Positions 45,546-56,279 of a stretch of DNA of 64,000 nt are shown here, one piece after another. This DNA is from an uncultured Fibrella sp. (GTDB lineage Bacteria > Bacteroidota > Bacteroidia > Cytophagales > Spirosomataceae). The position numbers and the translations under genes are program-made. Positions within the stretch are counted from its first letter, which is position 1. Every line of letters starts with the position of its first letter. Below the pieces are notes generated by a model that made no database searches, was not told the DNA's origin, and worked only from the letters and a program-made list of their open reading frames with translations. The DNA lies in assembly GCF_964250085.1 (NCBI RefSeq), contig NZ_CAXUEC010000013.1:5101-69100 (forward strand). The letters are read 5' to 3'.

Positions 45546-46529
45546 TCACTTCCGAAGCTCGTCGGTATAGCGGGTAAAACCGGCCGCAATACCCAGCCGA
45601 ACGAACGCGTAACGATCGTTGAAATAAATGTTGTACGGGTCTTCGCCGTAATAGCCCGCCGTGGCAAAAATACCAGCATCACGGCTAAAAGCAGGAATAT
45701 ACCAAACGCTAAGCTCAACATTTAATCGGCGTTGGGCGGCTGTCAACGACCAGCCGTCCAGTTGATTGACGGCATATGAGGCTTGCAGCGTCACCCGCAT
45801 ACGCTCGGTTGTGACGGTCGAGACCGGTTCTGGCTGGGTACGTGCCAGCAGCCGGTAGGTTGCCTGCCCCAGCACGCGCCCGAAACCGTAGTGACCTGTC
45901 AGTCCTTCAGAACTATTGAAAATCGGTGCATGCCAGCGGTAGCCCAGGTTGTAATACGCGCCGTGGCGCTGGCTGAAATGTGTGCCCCAGTTATACGTTG
46001 CCTGGATGTAGTTGGTCGAGAAATCGCCGGTCTCTGTATTGTAGGTGCCGTTCGGCCGAAAGGTATCTCCGTCCTGCCCGTTCGAGTGATGAAAAAACTG
46101 GGCTTCAACGTACCTGTAGCGCGTCACGTTGGAACTGAGCCGATAAAACACCTGCGTCCCCAGCCGGAAGCTCGGCGTGCGGATTGGCGACGACCGATCG
46201 GTGCGGGTCCGGGCCATAAACCGTTGTGTTACGGCAATCGACAGACGTGATTTCGGGCTTGCCAGCAGAAAATAACTGGCAATCAGCTCGCCGTTGATGA
46301 CGTATTTGCTGGGTGCTCCCAATTCGCCATTGGGCGAGATATAGGAAAAGTCGCGATTGGCCCGGTAAAACTCGTTGTAGCGATGATTCTGGAACCGGAC
46401 CGAATCAACGGGCGTCGCCAGCGTGAGGTTCAACGGCGCCGTTGATTCGGTTTGTCCGAAACTGACTGAGGAGCAGAGCAACGTACCCAGAAAGAGAGTA
46501 CAGGAACGGGATAGCATCACGTTTTTCAA
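45546..46529 (-). CDS. outer-membrane phospholipase A-like beta-barrel protein
   Basis: 327 aa with a signal peptide. HHSNGQDG resembles the OMPLA H-x-S-N-G active-site motif. The sequence has alternating beta-strand character. Confidence 0.45.
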   Translation of the reverse strand: MKNVMLSRSCTLFLGTLLCSSVSFGQTESTAPLNLTLATPVDSVRFQNHRYNEFYRANRDFSYISPNGELGAPSKYVINGELIASYFLLASPKSRLSIAVTQRFMARTRTDRSSPIRTPSFRLGTQVFYRLSSNVTRYRYVEAQFFHHSNGQDGDTFRPNGTYNTETGDFSTNYIQATYNWGTHFSQRHGAYYNLGYRWHAPIFNSSEGLTGHYGFGRVLGQATYRLLARTQPEPVSTVTTERMRVTLQASYAVNQLDGWSLTAAQRRLNVELSVWYIPAFSRDAGIFATAGYYGEDPYNIYFNDRYAFVRLGIAAGFTRYTDELRK

Positions 46530-46547
46530 CCGGTAAGACCAGAAACC

Positions 46548-47312
46548 TTAGAGGCTCGGCCGGTCGAAATTCACGTAGATCGCGTCAGATAACGAGTCGT
46601 ATACCTTAATGTCTGACAGTTCGCGTGGGCCACGTTTGCCCGACAATTTGATTTTGCCCAGCGTCTGGTAGTCGGTCCAGGGCAGAACGAAGCCCGGTTT
46701 TTCGTCGGTGTATTTTGGGTAATACGCCCACTGCGACACTAGCCGCGTGGTTTTATCGACCCAAACGTGGTACTTGTTGTCGGGGGTGTTTCCCACGCCC
46801 TTGAACGTCAGTTGAATCAGGTCGGCGGGTTGGCCGGCTTCGGTGTTGGCGGTGCCGAGGTCTTTCAGCGTCACGCCCGAATCTTTGAGTTTGTAGGGCA
46901 TCAGCAGCCAGTACGAATCGTTGATCCATGCGCCTTTGGCGGCTTTTACGAATTTTGCCACGCTGTCGGGGTTGGTTTCTTCTTTTCCGTTCCGAAAAAC
47001 GCGACCCTTATCCGTGTTAATGTTCAGCAAAACGGTCTGGTCATTCTTCAGGTTATCGACCCGCACGTTGCCCGTATACTTGTCCCAGTGCAGTCGACGG
47101 GCGCCGAAGAACGTCCAGGCAATGTGGTGGGTATTGTCCCAGGCTTTGCGACCTCCCTGCGCGGCCATCACCTCGTCGGCGATCTGCACGGCGCGGGCGT
47201 CAGAACCGGCCATATCGAAATCTTTGGCGGCGGGATTATTAATTTTCTTTTGCGCCAGCAGGGGCGAGGTCAGCAGCAAAAGCAGCAGTAGTAGAGGGCG
47301 ATAGGTGCTCAT
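46548..47312 (-). CDS. hypothetical secreted protein
   Basis: The start is placed at MSTYRPLLLLLLLLTSPLLAQ (signal peptide). The ORF is open up to 47363. Confidence 0.6.
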   Translation of the reverse strand: MSTYRPLLLLLLLLTSPLLAQKKINNPAAKDFDMAGSDARAVQIADEVMAAQGGRKAWDNTHHIAWTFFGARRLHWDKYTGNVRVDNLKNDQTVLLNINTDKGRVFRNGKEETNPDSVAKFVKAAKGAWINDSYWLLMPYKLKDSGVTLKDLGTANTEAGQPADLIQLTFKGVGNTPDNKYHVWVDKTTRLVSQWAYYPKYTDEKPGFVLPWTDYQTLGKIKLSGKRGPRELSDIKVYDSLSDAIYVNFDRPSL

Positions 47313-47412
47313 CGATGATAACGGGGTTTGAACGATACAACAAAGAAAGTCGATTTGGTGCATTTATTCAGTCAATGTGATTTAGATTTATATCGAATTT
47401 ATCTATAGAACA

Positions 47413-47496
47413 GTTTACTGTTTAGTGTCTTCAGTTGCTTCGCTACTTGTCGGTGCGTGTCAACAGCGAAGCAACTGAAGACACTAAACAGTAAAC
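47413..47496. repeat. perfect 32-bp-stem hairpin in a divergent promoter region
   Basis: 47413-47444 (GTTTACTGTTTAGTGTCTTCAGTTGCTTCGCT) is the exact reverse complement of 47465-47496, with a 20-nt loop. The arm is 27/31 identical to the arm of the 37053 element. Confidence 0.9.
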
Positions 47497-47512
47497 AGAA
47501 GGTAGCCTATCC

Positions 47513-48415
47513 ATGACGCTTACTCAACTTGATTATATCGTTGCTATTGATACGCATCGCCATTTTGCTACCGCTGCCGACCACTGCCACGTAACGCAAC
47601 CCACGCTGAGTATGCAGATTCAGAAGTTGGAAGATGAACTGGGCGTGTTGATCTTCGACCGGTCGAAGCATCCGGTGGTGCCAACCGAGACGGGGCAAAT
47701 CATTGTGGCGCAGGCCCGTGAGGTGTTGCAGGCTTCGCGCCGGATTCCTGAACTGGCCAAAGAATCGCGCGATGAAGTGGGCGGCGAACTGCGGGTGGGC
47801 ATCATTCCAACGCTGGCTCCGTACTTGTTACCGTACTTTATCGGCGCGTTTATGGCGCGTTACCCGTCCGTCACGATCCAGTTGCAGGAACTGTTGACCG
47901 AGCAGATTGTGGAGCGCTTACGAACCGGCCTGCTCGATGTGGGTATTGTGGTAACGCCGCTTCGCGAGAATAGTATGACCGATATTCCGCTGTTCAAAGA
48001 GCCGTTTATGGTGTATGCCGCGAAGGGAAATTCGCTGTTGGAAAAAGAGACGATCAACCCCAGCGACCTGACGGGCGAAGGGCTATGGCTGCTATCGGAA
48101 GGGCACTGTTTTCGCGATCAGGTAATCAATCTGTGCGGTGGTGGTTTTCAGGGAAATTCGGCCCTGCGCTATGAAACGGGCTCGCTCGAAACGCTGGTTA
48201 AACTCATTGACCGGCAGGATGGATTTACGCTGCTGCCTTATCTGGCCACGCTCGATCTGGATTCGGAACGGCAAAAAAGACTGCGGACCTTTTCGGGCGT
48301 TGCGCCCGTACGTGACGTTAGCCTGGTTATGCACCGGAGTTTCCTGAAACGAAGCCTGATTAACGCTCTGAAGCGCGAAATTCTGACCCATTTGCCAGCG
48401 GAGTTGAAAGACTGA
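47513..48415 (+). CDS. oxyR: LysR-family regulator, OxyR-like
   Basis: 300 aa with the HTH FATAADHCHVTQPTLSMQIQKLE. LLSEGHCFRDQVINLC aligns with the OxyR redox cysteines (EDGHCLRDQ...C). Confidence 0.8.
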   Translation: MTLTQLDYIVAIDTHRHFATAADHCHVTQPTLSMQIQKLEDELGVLIFDRSKHPVVPTETGQIIVAQAREVLQASRRIPELAKESRDEVGGELRVGIIPTLAPYLLPYFIGAFMARYPSVTIQLQELLTEQIVERLRTGLLDVGIVVTPLRENSMTDIPLFKEPFMVYAAKGNSLLEKETINPSDLTGEGLWLLSEGHCFRDQVINLCGGGFQGNSALRYETGSLETLVKLIDRQDGFTLLPYLATLDLDSERQKRLRTFSGVAPVRDVSLVMHRSFLKRSLINALKREILTHLPAELKD

Positions 48416-48445
48416 CGAAAGGTACCTGCGCAGGCAATGTCCTGT

Positions 48446-49135
48446 TCATCCGCCCAAACCAAAAATTCCGCGTCTCACCTTAAATGATTTCTTAAGGCCC
48501 CGGATCAGGAGCAACGCGCCGATGATGCCGAAGACGATGGCCAGCACGGTGATGCCCAGAATGGCGAATACGACGGCCACCAGAATGACAATGACCGAGG
48601 CTTTTAGCTGCCACGAAATGCGTTGCCACCAGTTCAATTTCTTGCGTGGTGGCAGGCCGAGAATCTCCCGTAATGTTTTTTTGGGCTTCGGTCCCGGCTG
48701 GTGTTCACTCACCGGAATCGGCGTATCGGTGTCGGGGGCGGGGGTTAGCAAACGACGGGCGTTGTTCTGGTGCTGCCGGATGCGCTCGGCCGTCGGGTAC
48801 GTGCTGCCAACAGGCCCATTGGTCGGTTGTTCCGTCGACTCAACGGGTGGTCTGGCTTCGGCATAGGCAACCGGTGTCTGGGTACGTTCCCGGTCGGCCG
48901 GTATAGCCTGCGTTTGCCGGTCGGCATAATGGCCCGAATCGACACTGGAATCAGTTGCTGCGCGATCAGGTACGTCCCGATCGGCTGGTTTGACAACAGG
49001 CGAGTGAAAAATGACCCGGTTGCTGCGCTGAAATTGCGCAACGGGACGCTGGCAGGCGGAGAGCCCAAAGAGCAGGCAAACGGTGAAGAAACCGGTGGCC
49101 AAGGGAATGCGTGACGTAGCTGGATGTAAAGACAT
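48446..49135 (-). CDS. hypothetical lipoprotein/membrane protein
   Basis: 229 aa with the lipobox LSAC, a low-complexity Pro/Thr-rich middle and C-terminal TM helices. Confidence 0.5.
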   Translation of the reverse strand: MSLHPATSRIPLATGFFTVCLLFGLSACQRPVAQFQRSNRVIFHSPVVKPADRDVPDRAATDSSVDSGHYADRQTQAIPADRERTQTPVAYAEARPPVESTEQPTNGPVGSTYPTAERIRQHQNNARRLLTPAPDTDTPIPVSEHQPGPKPKKTLREILGLPPRKKLNWWQRISWQLKASVIVILVAVVFAILGITVLAIVFGIIGALLLIRGLKKSFKVRRGIFGLGG

Positions 49136-49248
49136 TGCCCTAACAACGAGTCATATTGGGCAGGTCGTATATAAAGCAGTACGAAAAGTAGCTGGCTGTA
49201 TAGGAGTAGTGCGTACCGGTTGGCTACTTTTACCGCAAAGCTTTTTGC

Positions 49249-50103
49249 ATGAAACTATTCCGCTTCGGCCCCGATGGCCACGAGCACCCCGGCGTATTGA
49301 TGCCGGACGGTAGCCACCTTGATGTCAGCCATTTCGGCGGCGATTACGATGAATTATTCTTCGCCACCAACGGCCCCGACCGACTGGCCCACTGGCTCAC
49401 GGCCCACGCCGCCACCTGCCCGCACGTACCGGCCGATGCTCGGTTTGGCCCCTGCATTAAACGCCCCTCGAAGATCGTTTGCGTGGGCCTGAATTACGCC
49501 AAACATGCCGCTGAAACGGGGGCTACACCGCCAGCAGAGCCCATTCTGTTCTTCAAATCAACAACCTCGCTTTGCGGGCCAAACGACAATGTCGTGCTTC
49601 CGAAGCGATCAGAAAAAACCGATTGGGAGGTAGAACTGGCCGTGGTCATTGGCAAACGCGCCAGCTACGTTGAACTCGATGCCGCGATGGAGTATGTAGC
49701 GGGTTATGCCGTGGTGAATGATTACAGCGAACGGGCGTTTCAGTTGGAACGGGGCGGACAATGGGCCAAGGGCAAAGGCTGCGACACGTTTGCGCCAATG
49801 GGACCTTATCTGGTCACTCGTGAGGAGGTTCCTAACCCAAACGCGCTGGGCCTGTGGCTGTCGGTGAACGGCGAGAAACTACAGGATTCCAACACCGACG
49901 ACATGATTTTCGACGTACCTACGCTGGTCAGCTACATTAGTCAGTTTATGACGCTGCTACCCGGCGACGTGATCTCGACGGGCACGCCATCGGGTGTTGG
50001 CCTCGGCCTGAAACCACCCCGCTACCTCAAGCCCGGCGATGTTGTCGAACTCGGCATCGAAGGCCTGGGCGAACAACGCCAACTGGCCGTCTCTTATCAA
50101 TGA
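49249..50103 (+). CDS. fumarylacetoacetate hydrolase (FAH) family protein
   Basis: 284 aa: KIVCVGLNYAKHA, DWEVELAVVIG, GDVISTGTP. Confidence 0.85.
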   Translation: MKLFRFGPDGHEHPGVLMPDGSHLDVSHFGGDYDELFFATNGPDRLAHWLTAHAATCPHVPADARFGPCIKRPSKIVCVGLNYAKHAAETGATPPAEPILFFKSTTSLCGPNDNVVLPKRSEKTDWEVELAVVIGKRASYVELDAAMEYVAGYAVVNDYSERAFQLERGGQWAKGKGCDTFAPMGPYLVTREEVPNPNALGLWLSVNGEKLQDSNTDDMIFDVPTLVSYISQFMTLLPGDVISTGTPSGVGLGLKPPRYLKPGDVVELGIEGLGEQRQLAVSYQ

Positions 50104-50111
50104 ACAAGTAT

Positions 50112-50175
50112 CAATGACCAATTATCGGCTTCGTGGCATTGCCGTTGCACCAGCAAAGCTGATAATTGGTCATTG
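50112..50175. repeat. 20-bp-stem hairpin between co-directional genes
   Basis: CAATGACCAATTATCGGCTT pairs with AAGCTGATAATTGGTCATTG, with one transition mismatch. Confidence 0.8.
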
Positions 50176-50196
50176 ACACTTGATAATTGTAACACC

Positions 50197-51021
<825 letters not shown>

Positions 51022-51071
51022 GATTTTAGACTTTGTGATTTCAGCATCCAGTATCTGACATCCTATACATC

Positions 51072-51854
51072 ATGAATCTACACTTTACAGATAAAGTAAT
51101 CATCGTTACGGGCGGTGCCCGGGGTATTGGCGAAGGTATCAGCCGGGTGCTGGCGGCCGAAGGTGCCATCGTAGCCATTGTAGGGCGCAGTGCTGACCAT
51201 AACACCGCGACCGTTACCAGCATCGAAGAAGCAGGCGGGCGGGCCTTTGGCGTCGTTGCCGAATTGACCCAGCCGGAAGCTTGTAAACTGGCGGTGGAAC
51301 AGGTGATGAACCAGTTTGGCCGCATCGATGGGCTCGTCAACAACGCGGGTGAAAATGATGGTGTTGGCCTGGAAAGTGGTAGTTACGAAGGTTTTATGTC
51401 TTCCTTGCACAAAAACCTGGTGCATTACTACCTCATGGCGCACCACGCGTTGCCAGCGCTGAAAGCATCGAAAGGCAGCATCGTGAATATTGGCTCCAAG
51501 GTGGCTACGACGGGCCAGGGAAACACATCGGCCTACGCAGCGTCGAACGGTGGCCGCAATGCCCTCACCCGCGAATGGGCGGTGGAACTGCTGCCCTACG
51601 GTATCCGGGTAAACGCGGTGATCGTGGCCGAATCTTGGACGCCGCTTTACGAAAAATGGATCAAAACACTGCCTGACCCGGACGAGACGCTGAAAAAAAT
51701 TACCAGCAAAATTCCGCTCGAACAGCGTATGACGACTACCACCGAACTGGCCAACACCGTCGCGTTTCTACTGTCATCGCAGTCGAGCCATACCACCGGG
51801 CAACTGGTCTATGTCGACGGAGGCTATACCCACCTCGATCGGTCTATTTCATAA
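51072..51854 (+). CDS. SDR family oxidoreductase
   Basis: 260 aa: TGGARGIGEG, NNAG, and a catalytic Y in the context SAYAASNGG. Confidence 0.85.
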   Translation: MNLHFTDKVIIVTGGARGIGEGISRVLAAEGAIVAIVGRSADHNTATVTSIEEAGGRAFGVVAELTQPEACKLAVEQVMNQFGRIDGLVNNAGENDGVGLESGSYEGFMSSLHKNLVHYYLMAHHALPALKASKGSIVNIGSKVATTGQGNTSAYAASNGGRNALTREWAVELLPYGIRVNAVIVAESWTPLYEKWIKTLPDPDETLKKITSKIPLEQRMTTTTELANTVAFLLSSQSSHTTGQLVYVDGGYTHLDRSIS

Positions 51855-51858
51855 AAAT

Positions 51859-51956
51859 GTCCTCCATCTTCTGTTCTCGGTCTTCTGTTGCGCTGCTAAA
51901 ACACCTATTTCTGAATCAGCAGCGCAACAGAAGACCGAGAACAGAAGATGGAGGAC
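51859..51956. repeat. perfect 39-bp-stem hairpin between the SDR gene and fucP
   Basis: 51859-51897 (GTCCTCCATCTTCTGTTCTCGGTCTTCTGTTGCGCTGCT) is the exact reverse complement of 51918-51956, with a 20-nt loop. Confidence 0.92.
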
Positions 51957-51980
51957 TTAATCTCCTAAACTCCCTTTTAA

Positions 51981-53267
51981 ATGGCTGCCATTCCTGTACC
52001 CCCTACCTCTAAACCACCAGGCACCCCGACGGGAACGCCGGTCGAATCGTATACACTGGCATTTGCGCTGGTAACGAGCCTGTTTTTCCTGTGGGCCTTC
52101 GTCCACAACCTGGAACCCATCCTGATTCCGCACTTAAAGAAAGCGTGTCAACTCTCTGATCTACAGTCGGCCCTGATCGATTCGGCGGTGTATCTGGGCT
52201 ACTTCCTGATGGCCATTCCGGCTGGTCTGGTTATGAAAAAGTACGGCTACAAGCGGGGAATCCTGATGGGGCTGGCCTTGTACGCGCTGGGGGCGTTGCT
52301 GTTTGTGCCGGCGGCCAATACCCGAATTTATGTGCTGTTTCTGGGCGCACTGTTCATCATTGCGTCGGGCTGTGCGTTTCTGGAAACAGCGGCCAATCCA
52401 TACGTAACGCTGCTTGGCCCGCCTGAATCGGCTACGACGCGACTCAACCTGAGCCAGTCGTTCAACGGGCTGGGTTCGTTTCTGGCTCCGCTAATAGGAG
52501 GGAAGCTAATCTTGAGCGGTATCGAACACACGCAGGGCGAACTGGCGGCGATGACGCCAACCCAGCTAGACACGTACCTACAGTTTGAAGCCAATTCGGT
52601 GAAGATGCCGTACCTGATCATTGCCGGTTTGGTGCTGGTTGTCTTGCTGCTGTTTGTCTTTATAAAGCTGCCCACTGTGCATACCCACGTGAGTGAGCGC
52701 GTGTCGACTTTGCGTACAGCCTTGAAACACCGGCAGTTGGTGGGTGGTATCGGGGCCGAATTTTTCTACGTGGGTACGCAGGTTTGCGTCACGAGTTTCT
52801 TCATCCGGTTTGCCAGGTTCACCAGCAACATTCCCGAGAAGCAGGCGGCTGAACTACTCGGTTTCGCCATGCTGGGTTTCCTGATCGGCCGCTTCACAGG
52901 TACGTTCCTCATGCGCTACATTGCGCCTAATCGCCTCCTGACGATCTACGCCGTAATCTGTATGGTGCTGCTGGCAGTGGCTTTGTCGTCGCACTCAGAA
53001 GTAGCCGTATGGGCTTTGTTTGGGGTGCCTTTCTTCCTGTCGATCATGTTCCCGACCATCTTCGCCCTGGCAATCAACCGGTTGAACGAAGACCGGGAAC
53101 TTGGTTCGTCGCTGTTGGTGATGGCCATTGCCGGTGGTGCTTTCTGCCCACTGCTGATGGGCTGGATTTCCGACAAAACGAACATCCAGACGGCCTACGT
53201 GGTGCCTATGCTTTGCCTGACCGTGATTGCCTGGTATGGCTGGAAAGGACACGTGGTTGAAGAGTAA
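51981..53267 (+). CDS. fucP: L-fucose:H+ symporter permease (MFS)
   Basis: 428 aa with 12 TM helices. The N-terminal region FFLWAFVHNLEPILIPHLKKACQLSDLQSALIDSAVYLGYF is typical of FucP. Confidence 0.85.
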   Translation: MAAIPVPPTSKPPGTPTGTPVESYTLAFALVTSLFFLWAFVHNLEPILIPHLKKACQLSDLQSALIDSAVYLGYFLMAIPAGLVMKKYGYKRGILMGLALYALGALLFVPAANTRIYVLFLGALFIIASGCAFLETAANPYVTLLGPPESATTRLNLSQSFNGLGSFLAPLIGGKLILSGIEHTQGELAAMTPTQLDTYLQFEANSVKMPYLIIAGLVLVVLLLFVFIKLPTVHTHVSERVSTLRTALKHRQLVGGIGAEFFYVGTQVCVTSFFIRFARFTSNIPEKQAAELLGFAMLGFLIGRFTGTFLMRYIAPNRLLTIYAVICMVLLAVALSSHSEVAVWALFGVPFFLSIMFPTIFALAINRLNEDRELGSSLLVMAIAGGAFCPLLMGWISDKTNIQTAYVVPMLCLTVIAWYGWKGHVVEE

Positions 53268-53329
53268 TGTAACGCGGACTTCAGTCCGCATTTTTTGTAC
53301 TTAAATGCGGACTGAAGTCCGCGTTACAT
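53267..53329. repeat. perfect 26-bp-stem hairpin with nested palindromic arms
   Basis: ATGTAACGCGGACTTCAGTCCGCATT (53267-53292) is the reverse complement of 53304-53329. Each arm contains the self-complementary GCGGACTTCAGTCCGC (or its mirror). Confidence 0.9.
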
Positions 53330-53331
53330 AG

Positions 53332-53661
53332 ATGACCTACGCCCTTGCACTTGATTTGAAAGATGACCCGGCACTGATTGCCGAGTATGAACAGCACCAC
53401 GCCAACCCGCGACCCGAAATCGAGGCCAGTATCCGGGAGGCGGGTGTTACAGCCATGAACATCTACCGGTTTGGTAATCGGCTGTTTATGATCATGGAAA
53501 CCGACGAGACGTTCTCCTTCGAACGTAAAGCCCGGATGGACGCCGATAATCCCGCCGTGCAGGTGTGGGAGCAACTCATGTGGGGCTATCAGCAGCCGAT
53601 TCCCGGTGCGAAACCCGGCGAGAAATGGGTATTGATGGACCAGATTTACGCGCTGACTTAA
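53332..53661 (+). CDS. L-rhamnose mutarotase family (RhaM-like) protein
   Basis: 109 aa: YALALDLKDDPALIAEYEQHH....PEI...I..AG......IYR.GNRLFMIME. Confidence 0.75.
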   Translation: MTYALALDLKDDPALIAEYEQHHANPRPEIEASIREAGVTAMNIYRFGNRLFMIMETDETFSFERKARMDADNPAVQVWEQLMWGYQQPIPGAKPGEKWVLMDQIYALT

Positions 53662-53665
53662 ACCC

Positions 53666-53716
53666 GGCTACCCTAAACCTATAGGGGTTCAAAAACTTTA
53701 TAGGTTTAGAGTAGCC
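53666..53716. terminator. 18-bp-stem hairpin after the mutarotase gene
   Basis: GGCTACCCTAAACCTATA pairs with TATAGGTTTAGAGTAGCC, with one mismatch. Confidence 0.6.
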
Positions 53717-53887
53717 AAAGCGAATAAACGTATCAGGAATACAGACCGCCACGATAACGGAGACGTTAAACGCGGCGAAAAAATCACATGTCGATTTCTT
53801 AATACGATAAGGTTATACCAACAAAGCGGCCTGTGTGTTGTTATTTCGCCTGATAAACTTGTAGTTTAGGCGAAAATCCACTGCCTT

Positions 53888-54436
53888 TTGACGCACTTTC
53901 AATTAAACACCTGCCTGCTTCGGCCCTGGCGCGAGGGTGATGAAGAACCCCTTTCCCGCCATGCCAGTAACCGGAATATTTGGAACTGGGTCCGCGATTT
54001 TTTTCCGTATCCCTACAGCATTCGTGATGCGTCGGCCTGGGTACGTTCCAATCGTACATCTCAACTGCCTAACAATCTGGCTATTGAGGTAGATGGCGAA
54101 GCCGTTGGCAACGTTGGTTTCACCGTTCGCGACGACATTTACCGCTTCAACGCAGAAGTGGGTTATTGGCTCTCCGAAAAATACTGGGGGCGAGGCATTA
54201 TTTCGGAAGTAATGCCCATTCTGGTCGATTATATTTTCAAGAATTCGCAGGTTAATCGCATCTATGCCTGTGTGTTAGAGGGGAACGAAGGATCGATGCG
54301 GGTACTGGAGCGGGCACACTTCCGGCATGAAGCGATTCACCGAAAAGCGGCCGTTAAAAACAACCATTTTCTCGACGAGCATATCTATGCCATGTTGCGC
54401 GAGGAATACCGTGCGCGCAAAAACCAACTTTCATAA
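53888..54436 (+). CDS. GNAT family N-acetyltransferase (RimJ/RimL-like)
   Basis: 182 aa: LRPWREGDEEPL..., WGRGIISEV and the general GNAT layout. Confidence 0.8.
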   Translation: MTHFQLNTCLLRPWREGDEEPLSRHASNRNIWNWVRDFFPYPYSIRDASAWVRSNRTSQLPNNLAIEVDGEAVGNVGFTVRDDIYRFNAEVGYWLSEKYWGRGIISEVMPILVDYIFKNSQVNRIYACVLEGNEGSMRVLERAHFRHEAIHRKAAVKNNHFLDEHIYAMLREEYRARKNQLS

Positions 54437-54481
54437 AAGCCCCGTTTGTGGTTTCTTTGTGGGACCATTAGCCCCTGTTGC

Positions 54482-55198
54482 ATGTCGAAAATCATCATTG
54501 CCGTAGACGGATATTCGAGCTGCGGGAAGAGCACCACGGCCAAAGCCGTTGCCGCCCGAATGGGTTACGCCTACATCGACACCGGGGCCATGTACCGGGC
54601 GGTGAGTTTGTACTTTCATCAGAACCGCATTACTTATACCAACCCGAAGGAGGTAGCTGATGCGCTCGAAAAATTGCACGTATCGTTCAATTTCAACGAA
54701 AAAACGGGTAGAAACGAGACCTGCCTCAACGGCCTCAACGTTGAAGAAGAGATTCGGAAAATGTATATTTCCAATATGGTGAGCGAAGTCAGCACCATCG
54801 TGGAAGTACGCCGGGCCATGGTAGCGCAACAGCAGCGAATGGGTCGTAAACGAGGGGTTGTCATGGATGGCCGCGATATCGGTACCAAGGTTTTTCCGGA
54901 TGCCGAAGTGAAAGTATTCATGACCGCCGACACGTTTATCCGGGCCAAACGCCGACAGGTTGAACTACTGGAAAAAGGCGAAATGGTCAACCTCGACGAG
55001 ATTGTTCGTAACCTTGAAAAACGCGATCATATCGACAGTACCCGTTCTGAAAGTCCGCTCACTCAAGCCCCCGATGCTGTCTTGCTCGACACCTCATTTA
55101 TGATGATCGACGAACAGGTGGAATGGGTGATCGAACTGGCCGACCGCCGCATTGCCGAACTGCACCGGCATGGCCATTTCGGGAAGGTGCACCCATGA
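54482..55198 (+). CDS. cmk: (d)CMP kinase
   Basis: The start is placed at MSKIIIAVDGYSSCGKSTTAKAVA (P-loop). YIDTGAMYRA and MDGRDIGT are present. Confidence 0.93.
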   Translation: MSKIIIAVDGYSSCGKSTTAKAVAARMGYAYIDTGAMYRAVSLYFHQNRITYTNPKEVADALEKLHVSFNFNEKTGRNETCLNGLNVEEEIRKMYISNMVSEVSTIVEVRRAMVAQQQRMGRKRGVVMDGRDIGTKVFPDAEVKVFMTADTFIRAKRRQVELLEKGEMVNLDEIVRNLEKRDHIDSTRSESPLTQAPDAVLLDTSFMMIDEQVEWVIELADRRIAELHRHGHFGKVHP

Positions 55199-56256
55199 GT
55201 TTTACCGGCGCTGATGTACTGATTGTTGGGCAGGGCGTAGCCGGTTCGGTATTGGCCTGGACGTTGCATCAACGGGGGTTTTCGGTTCACATCGTATCGT
55301 CGCCCGAATTGCCGTCTGCCTCATCCGTAGCGGCAGGCATCGTGAATCCGTTGACGGGCCGGAAGCTCGTTAAAACCTGGGAAGCCGACCGGCTTTTTCC
55401 GTACCTGCACCGGTTTTATACCGGATTGGCAAATCAACTGAATACATCGTTTTTTACCCCGCTCGACGTCTATCGGCCCTATCGCGATGAAGCTGAACGA
55501 AGACTGTATCAGACCATTGCTGCTGACCCTGAACTGCAACCGTATTTTCAACCGGCCATCAACGATGCGGCATATTCAGCCGTAATTAACAACCCCTTCG
55601 GCGGCATTCAGGTAATGCAGGCAGGGTGGGTCGATCTGCCCGCTTTTACTGCCGCCGTTCGTGACTATTTTATTGACAAACAGTTGTTTACATACGGGCA
55701 GGTACGTTCGGATGACTTGCAGACTCGCCCTGATTCGGTAACGTACCTGGGGAAAACGTATAGGTACGTCATCTTCTCTGAAGGACCACATGGGCAGGCA
55801 AATCCGTTCTTTAGTGCGTTGCCCTATAACGTGGTGAAAGGCGAAATTCTGACTGCCGAAGTCGCCGATTACCCGCTCACGAACATCGTCAATCAGGGTA
55901 TTTTCATCATGCCGCTGTCGGCTACGCGCATCCGTATCGGGGCAACCTATTCGTGGCACGAGCTAGACTGGAAAACAACCGATGTGGGTCGGTCGTTTTT
56001 AGAAACGAAGGCGCGTGCATTGCTCAGGATACCGTTTACCGTCGTTGATCAGCGGGCCGGTATTCGCCCATCGACTGTTGATCGTCGTCCATTTGTGGGG
56101 TGGCACCAAACGTACCCATCCGTCGGTATATTTGGTGGAATGGGCACGAAAGGGGTATCGTTGGCCCCTTATCTGGCCCACGATTTGGCCGACCATCTGG
56201 CGTTGGGTAAAGAAATCAATCCGGCGGTGAATATTAGCCGTTTTCATTCGTTATAA
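55195..56256 (+). CDS. FAD-dependent oxidoreductase (DAO family)
   Basis: The start is MSFTGADVLIVGQGVAGSVLA (dinucleotide-binding GxGxxG). The ATG overlaps the cmk stop (ATGA). Confidence 0.8.
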   Translation: MSFTGADVLIVGQGVAGSVLAWTLHQRGFSVHIVSSPELPSASSVAAGIVNPLTGRKLVKTWEADRLFPYLHRFYTGLANQLNTSFFTPLDVYRPYRDEAERRLYQTIAADPELQPYFQPAINDAAYSAVINNPFGGIQVMQAGWVDLPAFTAAVRDYFIDKQLFTYGQVRSDDLQTRPDSVTYLGKTYRYVIFSEGPHGQANPFFSALPYNVVKGEILTAEVADYPLTNIVNQGIFIMPLSATRIRIGATYSWHELDWKTTDVGRSFLETKARALLRIPFTVVDQRAGIRPSTVDRRPFVGWHQTYPSVGIFGGMGTKGVSLAPYLAHDLADHLALGKEINPAVNISRFHSL

Positions 56257-56279
56257 AGTGCAGTTTATCACTACTCAAG

